From Candidatus Cloacimonadales bacterium (GTDB lineage: Bacteria; Cloacimonadota; Cloacimonadia; Cloacimonadales; JAFGVF01), in contig CAXXJV010000001.1 of the NCBI GenBank assembly GCA_963663475.2, forward strand, positions 1,856,001 to 1,920,000: a stretch of 64,000 nt of DNA, in the 5' to 3' direction. The position numbers and the translations under genes are program-made. The notes under the pieces are model-generated. The model worked only from the letters and a program-made list of their open reading frames with translations, did not search any database and was not told the origin of the DNA. Shown piece after piece: positions 1-9,590 of this stretch (its first letter is position 1; each line of letters starts with the position of its first letter).

Positions 1-247
1 TAGATATGATTGTAGAAATACCTGCTACAGAAAGTGAATTCCAGAAGGCACTTTTTAGATTCTCATTTTCCCAGAGTAGTTGGTAATACTTAAATGTGAA
101 TCCATTCCAACCTGCAATAATCTTAGAATCATTAAAACTATAGATAATTAATATTAGAATTGGTACATAAAGAAATAATAAGACCAAAGTAAATATTAAA
201 ATGTTAGCAGACTGAAAGAAAAGTTTTAGATTTGATTTATAGTTCAT
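1..247 (-). CDS. potC: Spermidine/putrescine ABC transporter permease (partial, runs off window start)
   Basis: ATG at 247 overlaps the potB stop (ATGA); translation MNYKS...FLYVPILILIIYSFNDSK...WNGFTFKYY matches the PotC N-terminus; operon context. Confidence 0.88.
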   Translation of the reverse strand, partial: MNYKSNLKLFFQSANILIFTLVLLFLYVPILILIIYSFNDSKIIAGWNGFTFKYYQLLWENENLKSAFWNSLSVAGISTIIS

Positions 248-1128
248 CCACTCCTCCTAGATGATTGCTTGTAGTAATTATAACCAGTTAGCAAGAGAAA
301 GGCTACAAGTATTAGTAAGAGAAATGATAGGGCTGAGGCAAGAGGCCAGTTTCTGGGAATAGATTTAACCTTGAAGGTTATTAACTGTCCAATGAAAGCA
401 GAGCTTTGATGGCCTACTAACTGGGGAATGATATAGGTCCCTAAGGCAGGTATGAATACTAGAATAGATCCTGCAAAAATACCTTCTAAAGCAAGGGGAA
501 GGGTTATTTTAAAGAAAGACTGGATTTCATTTGCTCCTAAATCCATGGAAGCTTCTAGGAGATTATAGTTAAATTTTTCTAGGACAGAATAGATGGGCAG
601 AATCATATATGGTAGATATACATAAACCATTACAAGTAGTACTGCTCCATTAGTTCTTAGTAACATTAATGGTTGATCAATTATTCCTAGACTAATTAAA
701 AGGTTGTTGAGTAATCCTTGTGATGATAAGAATATTTTCCAAGAAAAGATTCTAATGATAAAGTTAGTCCAGAATGGAATGATGATCAAAATGAGTAAGA
801 GATTCTGCATTTTCTTTGATGATTTTGCTATTATATAGGCTACAGGAAAACCAATTAGAATGGTGATTAAAGTAGTAGCTAGCGACATTACTAATGAATG
901 GGTAATAGAATCTATATAGGAGGGAGAGAAGGCCTCCTTCCATGAATCTAGAGAAAAGATAAATTTAATATCATAAACTCCAGGAGTTAAGACACTATAA
1001 AATATTACTATTACGTAAGGAATTAGAAAGAATAGGGTAATCCACAACAAAAAAGGACTTGTTAATATCCAAGAATTTTTGTTTTCTTTCTTAATTTTTG
1101 CTAGTTCATTTTTAGTAAGCATATCCAT
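244..1128 (-). CDS. potB: Spermidine/putrescine ABC transporter permease
   Basis: Hydrophobic; PFWTNFIIR and EASMDLGA (EAA loop) motifs. Confidence 0.92.
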   Translation of the reverse strand: MDMLTKNELAKIKKENKNSWILTSPFLLWITLFFLIPYVIVIFYSVLTPGVYDIKFIFSLDSWKEAFSPSYIDSITHSLVMSLATTLITILIGFPVAYIIAKSSKKMQNLLLILIIIPFWTNFIIRIFSWKIFLSSQGLLNNLLISLGIIDQPLMLLRTNGAVLLVMVYVYLPYMILPIYSVLEKFNYNLLEASMDLGANEIQSFFKITLPLALEGIFAGSILVFIPALGTYIIPQLVGHQSSAFIGQLITFKVKSIPRNWPLASALSFLLLILVAFLLLTGYNYYKQSSRRSG

Positions 1129-2283
1129 CTATTTTCTTCTCAAATTCTTAACTATATTTTCTGAGTTAATCCCACTATCATCAGTTTCATATATGATATG
1201 AGTATCAGTATCATGCCAATAAAGATATACTTTTTCCTCCCAATCCAAAGATAACTCGTCAACATAGACTTTTTTGTGCTGCTGAAAAACTCTGAAGAAA
1301 TAGTTGCCAACCTTAACAATATACTGGGTATGGGTGCCAGCATAAAGAATATCTTCAATAACACCTTGCAGAATATTGAAATCATCTTTTCTTTTAGGTG
1401 GCTTTCGAGAAATTGCTATTTTTTCTGGTCTGAGAGAAAGGGTAACAGCATCTTCAATTAAAGGCCTACGGTGATAGGTTGTATCTAATTCAATTTGATG
1501 TTGCGAATCTGTTTGACAGACAATACTAGCGTATTCATCATTGACTTCAACAACTCTTCCTTCAATGAGATTAGTATCACCAATGAAGTAGGCTGAGAAG
1601 ATAGTCTCAGGCCTTTCATATACATCATCAGGTGAACCTACTTGGGCAAATTTACCCTTATTCATTATGGCAAGTCTATCTGCAATATTCAAGGCTTCAC
1701 TTTGATCATGGGTAACATAGAGAAAGGTAATTCCTACCGCATCATGAATATTCATTAATTCTATTAACATATGCTGTCTTAACTTTAAATCTAGAGCAGC
1801 TAAAGGTTCGTCAAGCAAAAGTACCTTGGGCTCATTAATTAAAGCTCGAGCAATAGCAATTCTTTGCTTCTGCCCTCCACTTAGTTGATTAGGAAATTTA
1901 TTAACATGGTCTTCCATTTTAACTAGCTTTAACATCTGCCGAACCCTATCTTCAATTTCTGATTTATTTTTCCTTTTAATCTTTAAACCAAAAGCAATAT
2001 TATGGAAAATATCCATATGGGGGAATAGGGAGTAATTTTGAAAAATAGTATTTACTGGTCTCTTATAGGGAGGAAGTTTAGATATATCTTTATCTCCAAT
2101 ATAAATGTTCCCATGGGTAGGAGTTTCAAAACCAGCAATCATTCTCAAAAGAGTAGTTTTACCACAACCACTAGGACCTAAGAAGGAGAAGAACTCTCCT
2201 TGCTTAATGTCCAAACTTAAAGAATCAACAGCTATAAAATTATCAAATTTCTTTGTAACATTTACTAATCTTAAATCTTCCAA
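1129..2283 (-). CDS. potA: Spermidine/putrescine ABC transporter ATP-binding protein
   Basis: Walker A GPSGCGKT, LSGGQ signature, LLLDEP Walker B, C-terminal TOBE region. Confidence 0.93.
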   Translation of the reverse strand: MEDLRLVNVTKKFDNFIAVDSLSLDIKQGEFFSFLGPSGCGKTTLLRMIAGFETPTHGNIYIGDKDISKLPPYKRPVNTIFQNYSLFPHMDIFHNIAFGLKIKRKNKSEIEDRVRQMLKLVKMEDHVNKFPNQLSGGQKQRIAIARALINEPKVLLLDEPLAALDLKLRQHMLIELMNIHDAVGITFLYVTHDQSEALNIADRLAIMNKGKFAQVGSPDDVYERPETIFSAYFIGDTNLIEGRVVEVNDEYASIVCQTDSQHQIELDTTYHRRPLIEDAVTLSLRPEKIAISRKPPKRKDDFNILQGVIEDILYAGTHTQYIVKVGNYFFRVFQQHKKVYVDELSLDWEEKVYLYWHDTDTHIIYETDDSGINSENIVKNLRRK

Positions 2284-2294
2284 TAATCAATCCT

Positions 2295-3443
2295 TTATCT
2301 TTTTCTTCTTCTTAAGAAGATAGGTATAAAAACAGCCACTAAAATTAAGAGATAGATAATCTTGTTCATACCTGATTTTTCACTTCTTCTGTTTTCAGAG
2401 TTTAAGCAAATTCTCTCATAAAGAGATGAAATATTAGTAACATTTTCACCTAAATATTTTATTGGGAAACATCTATCAAGGTAAGAATCTGAAATATAGA
2501 TAAGTTCATTAGATTTTGTCTCTTCATCTACAAAGTCATTATAAGCTGTTAAATTAGGACTGGCATATTCAACCCATTCAGCATTTCTAGCTGCAATTTC
2601 TGGTTCCATTAAAAAGTCTAAAAACTTATAAGCTAAATCTTTATTTTCAGCATTCTTAAGAAGAACAAAAGAATCAATCCAATAGGTTCCACCCTCTTCC
2701 ATAAGGGCAAATTTAAGATGGTCAAATTCTCTTATAACTTGTAATGCATCACCATTGTAGGCTTGAGCAATCCAGACTTCTTCTTGTGGTATATCATTTT
2801 TGTAAGCATCAGAATGATATTGAGATATGTTCCTATCCCAAAGGATTAGTTTTTCTTCAGCACTCTTCAATGCTTGAGCTGAGTAATCATTAGCAGAATA
2901 ACCAGAAGCAATTAGAGCTGCACCAACAACTTCTCTTGCATCATCTAACATCATTAATTTATTTTTGTATTTTTCATCCTGGAAAAGTGACCAGCTTGCT
3001 GAATTATCTTCACCTAATTCAAGATAGTTAGGGTTATAGAGTATGCCTGTTACACCCCAAAAATAAGGCATTGCATAATCTTCTGCATTATCAAAATAGG
3101 CTAGCTTGTCTAAAATTTTTGGATTTAAGTGTTCCCAGTTTGGTAATTTAGACTTATCTAATTTTTCCAGTAAATCCATTTCTAACATAATTTGGACATG
3201 GTCTCCTGAGGGACAGACTAAGTCATAAGATTTTGATGAAGATGCTACTTTTGTTAGCATGCTTTCATTTGAATCAAAATAATCTTCGATAACTTCACAG
3301 TTATTTATTGCTTCAAATTCTGAAACAAGCTCAGGATCAATGTACTCAGTCCAGTTAAAAACATAGAGTTTGGCTTCACTTGTATAAGCTAAGCTAAGCA
3401 TTGAAAGTAAAATTAAAACAAGTATGACAATTTTTTTATTCAT
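2295..3443 (-). CDS. potD: Spermidine/putrescine-binding protein with extra C-terminal membrane anchor
   Basis: FNWTEYIDP, FDSNE, PYFWG motifs; ATG at 3443 preceded by GGAG; C-terminal IIYLLILVAVFIPIFLRRRKR. Confidence 0.9.
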   Translation of the reverse strand: MNKKIVILVLILLSMLSLAYTSEAKLYVFNWTEYIDPELVSEFEAINNCEVIEDYFDSNESMLTKVASSSKSYDLVCPSGDHVQIMLEMDLLEKLDKSKLPNWEHLNPKILDKLAYFDNAEDYAMPYFWGVTGILYNPNYLELGEDNSASWSLFQDEKYKNKLMMLDDAREVVGAALIASGYSANDYSAQALKSAEEKLILWDRNISQYHSDAYKNDIPQEEVWIAQAYNGDALQVIREFDHLKFALMEEGGTYWIDSFVLLKNAENKDLAYKFLDFLMEPEIAARNAEWVEYASPNLTAYNDFVDEETKSNELIYISDSYLDRCFPIKYLGENVTNISSLYERICLNSENRRSEKSGMNKIIYLLILVAVFIPIFLRRRKR

Positions 3444-3464
3444 TTCTAGCTCCAAGAATTTAGT

Positions 3465-3567
3465 TTAACCCGAATAGTGCATTTGAACTTTGATGAAGAA
3501 TGCTAGATTCTTTTAGCAAAAGAAGATTCTGCTATTCTCAAAGGTCTACTGCATTATTTGGCTTTAA
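3465..3567. repeat. ~100-bp imperfect palindromic intergenic element, family B copy 1 (extra half-copy at 3691-3713)
   Basis: ttaacccgaatagtgca...ttctttt(a)gcaaaagaa...gctattctcaaaggtctactgcattatttgg; similar to 45978-46077 and 48262-48320. Confidence 0.75.
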
Positions 3568-3746
3568 TTACTCCTAAAAAAACTTATAGCCATATTGTGT
3601 CAATAATTATGATTAGGCAAGGGAAAATTTAGTTTCTAATTAATTTTACTAAGGGATGTGATGTGTAGAGAGGTTAAGAAGCTATTATATTAAACCCGAA
3701 TAGTGCAGTAGAAATAAAACAACAAAAGTTAATGTTTATCTTTTTA

Positions 3747-5654
3747 TCAATAGGAGAAAACTACTCCACTATTAGCTAGAATCCAACTTTCCTTTTCACT
3801 TTCAACAGAGATTGCTTGCTTAGTTTTCTTTATTAAAGGATATTTAGTCTCTCCAGAGAAAAAGCTTACTGTATCAATTTCTTCTATACAAGCAGGATAT
3901 TCAAAAATAATATTAAGTCCCTTTGTAGCTTCTGAGATAAAGATACTTAATTGGTGTGATTTTTTGGGGTAAAGAGTTTTTGTCTTAATACTGTAAGAAC
4001 ATCTTTGTCCAATAAATCTAGAATAGTCTTTATTTCTACAAGTAAATTCTAGCACATCAACTTTATTGCTCGCTGAAATATCAGCACTTATACCATTCAC
4101 GGTTACTTCACTAATAAGGAAGGAATCTGAAGTTAACTCAAGTTGAGAAGCAAGTAACCATCTGTATTCTACTTTAGGGTTTTTGAAATAGTGATTTAAA
4201 GTTTCTTCATTTGAAGTACAAGCAATTAGGAAATTATCAGCATTAAGATTTTTTCTATAAGTTAATTCGGTTGTTACTAGATAGAAGTCTGGGTAAAGTG
4301 AGGATTCTGAGAACTTAACTTTATGCTTAAAATCAGTTTTATAAGAAATGTTCTTATCAGATTCTTTAATAAAATTATCAATAATTTCTGAAAATAAAAC
4401 TTGTGATAACTCACTACTTTTTATTCTTGTAGAAAGTGCATTTTGAATAATGGAAGATAACTTGTGAGCTGAGAAATCAGGAGAGTAAAAGTCACGTCTT
4501 AAACGAGGTTCACTGGCAATTTCAATGTCTTTGTAATAGTAAAATCTCTTAGCTCTTTTACCAGTTTGAGTTGCAAGCTCATAGGGAGAACCTGCATATA
4601 AAGAGGATAAATCTTCTATTCTGAGTCTATTGTTACCAAAGAGGATAACTTCTTCTCCTAAGCTAGGATGATCAATATCAGTAACATCTACCATGATCAT
4701 ATCCATAGTAACTTTGCCAATTATAGGGATTATTTGTTCTCTGATTAATACTTTACCCTTGTTTTTCAGTAAGTAGTTGTAACCATCTGCATAACCTATG
4801 GGAAGGATTGCATAAGTTAGGTCTCTAGGAGCTTGATAAGCTAAGTTATAACCAATGAACTCATCTTTTTTAGCAGTTTTAATAAGACTTATTTTAGTAA
4901 CAAACTTCATAACAGCTTTTAAAGAAATAAGGTCTTTTAAAAGTGGATGAGGGTAGATTCCAAAAGATAATATTCCAATTCTAACTAGATTCATTTTCTC
5001 AAACTTGTAATTTACAAGGGCACAGGAATTTGAAGCATGCAGGTAAGTTGGATTGATATTCTTTATCTTCTGTTTAATATTATCAAGAGTAGTTGAAAAT
5101 AAAGAGTATTGTTGTAGGGTATAATCTGGATTACTTTCACTTTCAGCAAAATGAGTAAAAATACCGTCAATTATTATGTTAGAAAGTTGAGCTACTTGAG
5201 CAAAAAAAGATAAAGCTTGATCAGCTCTAACTCCTGACCTGTTCATGCCAGTATCAATATTTATGTGTACTTTTACTTTTTTATCATAAGCTTTAGCTAT
5301 TTGATCCAATTTTTTCGCAAAGACTAGATCATTGACAGAAGGGACTAGTTCATTGATAACAATTTTTTCTATTTCAGAATCTAAGGAGGGGGAGAGGATT
5401 AAAATAGGTGCAGAAATATCTTGATACCTGATAAGTAAGGCTTCATCTAGATTAGCAACTCCTAGCATAGAAACGCCATTCTTTATTGCTTGTTTGGCTA
5501 TTTGAAAAGCTCCATGTCCATAAGCATCAGCTTTTACAATTTGTAAAATCTCTTGTTTTGGTGTTAGAAAGCTCTTGAGTTGCTTAAGATTATCTTCATA
5601 GTTAGATAAATTAATCTCAATCCATGATCTTTCGTAATTAGTCCTCTTATCCAT
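3747..5654 (-). CDS. alr: Alanine racemase fused to a ~260-aa C-terminal domain of unknown function
   Basis: VKADAYGHG (PLP lysine), DTGMNRSG, IGYADG, GKVTMDM motifs in the first ~370 aa. Confidence 0.92.
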   Translation of the reverse strand: MDKRTNYERSWIEINLSNYEDNLKQLKSFLTPKQEILQIVKADAYGHGAFQIAKQAIKNGVSMLGVANLDEALLIRYQDISAPILILSPSLDSEIEKIVINELVPSVNDLVFAKKLDQIAKAYDKKVKVHINIDTGMNRSGVRADQALSFFAQVAQLSNIIIDGIFTHFAESESNPDYTLQQYSLFSTTLDNIKQKIKNINPTYLHASNSCALVNYKFEKMNLVRIGILSFGIYPHPLLKDLISLKAVMKFVTKISLIKTAKKDEFIGYNLAYQAPRDLTYAILPIGYADGYNYLLKNKGKVLIREQIIPIIGKVTMDMIMVDVTDIDHPSLGEEVILFGNNRLRIEDLSSLYAGSPYELATQTGKRAKRFYYYKDIEIASEPRLRRDFYSPDFSAHKLSSIIQNALSTRIKSSELSQVLFSEIIDNFIKESDKNISYKTDFKHKVKFSESSLYPDFYLVTTELTYRKNLNADNFLIACTSNEETLNHYFKNPKVEYRWLLASQLELTSDSFLISEVTVNGISADISASNKVDVLEFTCRNKDYSRFIGQRCSYSIKTKTLYPKKSHQLSIFISEATKGLNIIFEYPACIEEIDTVSFFSGETKYPLIKKTKQAISVESEKESWILANSGVVFSY

Positions 5655-5669
5655 ATCAGCAATAATCCC

Positions 5670-7022
5670 TTAAAAGTATGAAGCAGCTATTTCTGCCAGT
5701 TTAGACCTTTCACCTTTTTTGAGAGTGATATGGCCAACTAATGTTTCATTCTTCATTTTTTCAACAGCTAAAGATAGCCCATTTGATTCAGAATCAAGGT
5801 AGGGTATATCAATTTGATGAGGGTCACCTGTTAGTATAATCTTTGTATTTTCACCTGCCCTAGTAATGATTGTTTTCATTTCATGAGGAGTAAGATTTTG
5901 AGCTTCATCAATTACCATAAACTGGTTAGGTAGAGATCTACCTCTAATATAGGTTAGAGGTTCAAGCTCTATAAAGTTAAAATCTAAGTAATCATTGATG
6001 GAAGGGTGTTTTTTACCAAATACTTTTCCATTATCATTTTTATCATAGTCATTATGACCTTGAATAAGAATTTCCATATTATCATAGATTGGTTGCATCC
6101 AAGGAGTAAACTTATCATCTTTAGAACCTGGTAGGAAACCTAAATCTTTACCTAAGGGAGAAATAGGCCTGGAAACAACTAACCTATTGTAGGTATCATC
6201 TTCTACAACTTGATTTAAGCCTGAGGCAATGGCGATTAGTGTTTTACCAGTTCCTGCTATACCAGAAAGTGAAACAAGTCTAATTGAACTATCTAAAAGA
6301 AGGTCAAAGGCCATAATCTGCTCATCATTTCTAGCTTTAATTCCAAATATTTCCTGTCCAGTATAGTATTTCAGAGGGAAAAACTTATTTTCTTCATGAT
6401 TATATCTTAAGATAATCTTGTTTTTAGCAGATTTAAGATTATCTACTAATTTTAGGAAATGATTGGGAGGGAAGTCTCCTAATTTATTAGAATAGTAGCC
6501 CTTTTCAATAACTTTCTCAATTTGTTTTTTGGTTACTTTTAAGCTTGTATAACCTGTATATATCTCTTCAAAATTAACTTTTTCAGGTTCATAGTTTTCT
6601 GTTTTTATGCCCAGGCAGTCAGCTTTTATTCTCACATTTGCATCTTTGGAAACAAGAGTGACTATTCTATCAGGATGAAGCTTCATGAAATAAGCAGCAG
6701 TACCGATAATTCTATTGTCATTGTTATCTAGAAGTTTAACTCCATCAATATTAAGGTCAGATGATAGGATTGTAACTTGGACAATACCACCTTTTTCAGT
6801 GAGAACTCCTTCTTTAAGTGAACCTTGTGTTCTTAGCTTATCTAAGGACCTACCAATAAGTCTAGCATTTCTACTTTTCTCATCAACACCTTTTTTAAAC
6901 TGGTCAACTTCTTCAATAACAGTCATAGGGATAACAACTCTGTTGTCTGCAAAACTAAAGATTGCATTAGGATCATGAATCAGGACATTAGTATCTAAAA
7001 CAAATATTTTCTCCACTCTCAC
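5670..7022 (-). CDS. phoH: PhoH-family protein with N-terminal PIN domain (PhoH2/YlaK type)
   Basis: VLDTNVL PIN motif; GIAGTGKT Walker A; RGRSL and DEAQN motifs. Confidence 0.9.
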   Translation of the reverse strand: MRVEKIFVLDTNVLIHDPNAIFSFADNRVVIPMTVIEEVDQFKKGVDEKSRNARLIGRSLDKLRTQGSLKEGVLTEKGGIVQVTILSSDLNIDGVKLLDNNDNRIIGTAAYFMKLHPDRIVTLVSKDANVRIKADCLGIKTENYEPEKVNFEEIYTGYTSLKVTKKQIEKVIEKGYYSNKLGDFPPNHFLKLVDNLKSAKNKIILRYNHEENKFFPLKYYTGQEIFGIKARNDEQIMAFDLLLDSSIRLVSLSGIAGTGKTLIAIASGLNQVVEDDTYNRLVVSRPISPLGKDLGFLPGSKDDKFTPWMQPIYDNMEILIQGHNDYDKNDNGKVFGKKHPSINDYLDFNFIELEPLTYIRGRSLPNQFMVIDEAQNLTPHEMKTIITRAGENTKIILTGDPHQIDIPYLDSESNGLSLAVEKMKNETLVGHITLKKGERSKLAEIAASYF

Positions 7023-7025
7023 CCC

Positions 7026-8381
7026 TTAAAAGAAAGATTTAAATAAATCATTTATATTATTAATTTTTGTGCAGTTTTTAACTAAATTCTTACTTACTTC
7101 TGCTTTATCAGAAATAACAATTCTCTCGAATCCTAGTCTAATAGATTCTTTTATTTTATCATTTATGCCTTTAGCAACTCTTACTTCTCCGTTTAATCCA
7201 ACCTCGCCGATAAAGACATAGTTTTTGGGAATAGGAATATCTGTAAAACCAGAGAAAATAGCAGTTACTACAGCTAAATCCATTGAAGCATCTTTACTCT
7301 TAAAGCCACCAATAATATTGATAAAGACATCGTTTGAAGAAAGAGGAATTCCTGTATGTTTTTCAATTACAGCTAATATCATTGCTAACTTTTTTTGTTC
7401 ATAACCAACTGATACTCGCTGGGCATTCCCGAAGGATGTTTTATTTATTAGGGCTTGAATTTCTATAAAGAAGTTTCTTGATCCTTCACTTACACAGGCT
7501 ATAACATCACCAGAATGATTATCCTTTCTGCTTAAGAAAATCATTGAAGGGTTAATAACTTCACTTAATCCTTTAGTATTCATTTCAAATATTCCGATTT
7601 CATTAGTTGAACCAAATCTATTCTTACTGGTTCTTAATATTTTATAAAAGCCTTCTTTTTCACTCTCAAAATAAAGAACTGTATCAACCATATGTTCAAT
7701 TGTTTTAGGGCCAGCAACCATACCATCTTTAGTAACATGACCTATAATAATAGTAGGAATATCTTCTTTTTTAGCTATCTTTGTTAAATAGTTACTACAT
7801 TCTCTAAGTTGAGTTACACTTCCTAAATAATTGTCAATATCTGGTGAATAGATTGACTGAATGGAATCAATGACTAATAAGTCTGGATTATGCTTAGCAA
7901 TTGCATCATCAATTTGTTGAATATCATTATTACAGAGTAAGAAGATATTTTCAGAAGTAATCTCTAATCTTAAGCTTCTAAGTTTTATTTGTTCTTTACT
8001 TTCTTCACCTGAAACATAGAGTATTCGCTTATTTTGTTTAGCAACTTTGGAAGCTACTTGGAGCATTAAAGTAGATTTTCCAGTACCAGGTTCTCCACCT
8101 AAGAGGATTACCATACCTGATACAAAACCACCCCCTAATACACAATCAAACTCACTAAAGCCACTTGTTAATCTAGACTCAGAAGAAACCTGTATTTCTT
8201 GCAGATTACTGACCTTATCAATCATATGATTTATTTTATTTCCAATACTTTTACTTTTTTTAGCTTTACCTAAAACCCTATTTACTTCTTTGAATGAGTT
8301 CCATTCTCCACATGCAGGACATTTTCCTGCCCAGCCGGCAGACTCATAACCACAGTTGCTACATACAAAACCACTAGCCAT
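7026..8381 (-). CDS. radA: DNA repair protein RadA/Sms
   Basis: CxxC...CPAC zinc finger, GEPGTGKST, KNRFG motif, Lon-like C-terminus. Confidence 0.96.
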   Translation of the reverse strand: MASGFVCSNCGYESAGWAGKCPACGEWNSFKEVNRVLGKAKKSKSIGNKINHMIDKVSNLQEIQVSSESRLTSGFSEFDCVLGGGFVSGMVILLGGEPGTGKSTLMLQVASKVAKQNKRILYVSGEESKEQIKLRSLRLEITSENIFLLCNNDIQQIDDAIAKHNPDLLVIDSIQSIYSPDIDNYLGSVTQLRECSNYLTKIAKKEDIPTIIIGHVTKDGMVAGPKTIEHMVDTVLYFESEKEGFYKILRTSKNRFGSTNEIGIFEMNTKGLSEVINPSMIFLSRKDNHSGDVIACVSEGSRNFFIEIQALINKTSFGNAQRVSVGYEQKKLAMILAVIEKHTGIPLSSNDVFINIIGGFKSKDASMDLAVVTAIFSGFTDIPIPKNYVFIGEVGLNGEVRVAKGINDKIKESIRLGFERIVISDKAEVSKNLVKNCTKINNINDLFKSFF

Positions 8382-9486
8382 TGTTTTCTTGTTTCCTTTG
8401 CATAATTTCCTTGTTTGAGCTCATTAAGAGAGCAATATCTTTTGATTTCCTTGAAGATTCTAAGGCAATTTTAACAGTCATAGTTAGCGGTACAGCTAGC
8501 AACATTCCAGCAAAACCAAAGACCCAGCCCCAGAACAACAAGGAAATAAACACAACAATAGTTGATAGTCCTAAAGAATAACCCATAATTCTAGGCTCTA
8601 AGATATTTCCAATGAGAATATTAGTTACTAGATAACCTAAGGCTACTAATCCTGCATAAGCAGGGCCTAGTTGAACAAGGGCAATTACAATAGCAGGAAG
8701 AGAAGCAATTATCGAACCTATAGTTGGAATAAAGTTGAGTAAAAAGGCAATTAGTCCCCATAGGAGAGGAAAGTCTAAACCTAGAATTGAAACCCAAAGT
8801 GTAATAATAAAGCCTGTCGCGAGACTTATAAGGGTCTTGAATCCTATATATCTTCTTAAGCTGTGCATAAATTTATCAACTGATCTTTTAGTTTCTGGGT
8901 TAGCTTTAGAAAGGATATTTAGCTTATATCTAAAGCTACCTGTTTCTAAGAGCATAAAAATCATAGCAATGAGAATTAAAAAGATATTTTTAAAAATATT
9001 CTGAAGACTACCAAGGATAAAACGCGACCAGTTCATTAGGGTTGTTGGTGAAATATAACTGGCAATTTTTAAGGTAATATCACTAAGTGTAACTCCTGCT
9101 ATTTCTGTAGAATCACCATAATCTTGCTCTGAATGGTCAATAAAAGTTTGATTATACCACTCTGTTAAGTTTTTCTCGTAAAGACCAGTTTTTTGGGTAA
9201 ATTCATTTATGGAGTTTCCCACAACAGTTCCAATTAAGGCTATAATACCTATAACAGCAACAACAACAATAATCAGGGATAAAGCTTTAGGTAGTTTTTT
9301 TTTGATTAGCCATTCCATAGGATAAGCAACCACTGTTGCCAAAAATAGGGCTAGAATAAAGGGGACTAGGATAGTTTGTGCCTGTTGCATGCCATAAATT
9401 AACACAACTATAGCAATAACACTTATAAAACCCTTAATTCTTGATAGTTGATAAGAAATCTCGTTTCTCAAGTTGCCTCCGGACAA
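8374..9486 (-). CDS. AI-2E family transporter
   Basis: Multi-TM protein; LNFIPTIGS, GNILEPRIMG, LAVPLT motifs. Confidence 0.88.
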   Translation of the reverse strand: MSGGNLRNEISYQLSRIKGFISVIAIVVLIYGMQQAQTILVPFILALFLATVVAYPMEWLIKKKLPKALSLIIVVVAVIGIIALIGTVVGNSINEFTQKTGLYEKNLTEWYNQTFIDHSEQDYGDSTEIAGVTLSDITLKIASYISPTTLMNWSRFILGSLQNIFKNIFLILIAMIFMLLETGSFRYKLNILSKANPETKRSVDKFMHSLRRYIGFKTLISLATGFIITLWVSILGLDFPLLWGLIAFLLNFIPTIGSIIASLPAIVIALVQLGPAYAGLVALGYLVTNILIGNILEPRIMGYSLGLSTIVVFISLLFWGWVFGFAGMLLAVPLTMTVKIALESSRKSKDIALLMSSNKEIMQRKQENNG

Positions 9487-9590
9487 GTTTTTATTATTAT
9501 TACAAACCCTAGTTTTTAGTCAAGAAAAACCTTAAAAAGACAGATCAAAAAAACTTAGATTATGCAGTGAGCACTAAAGGGAAGCTAAGA

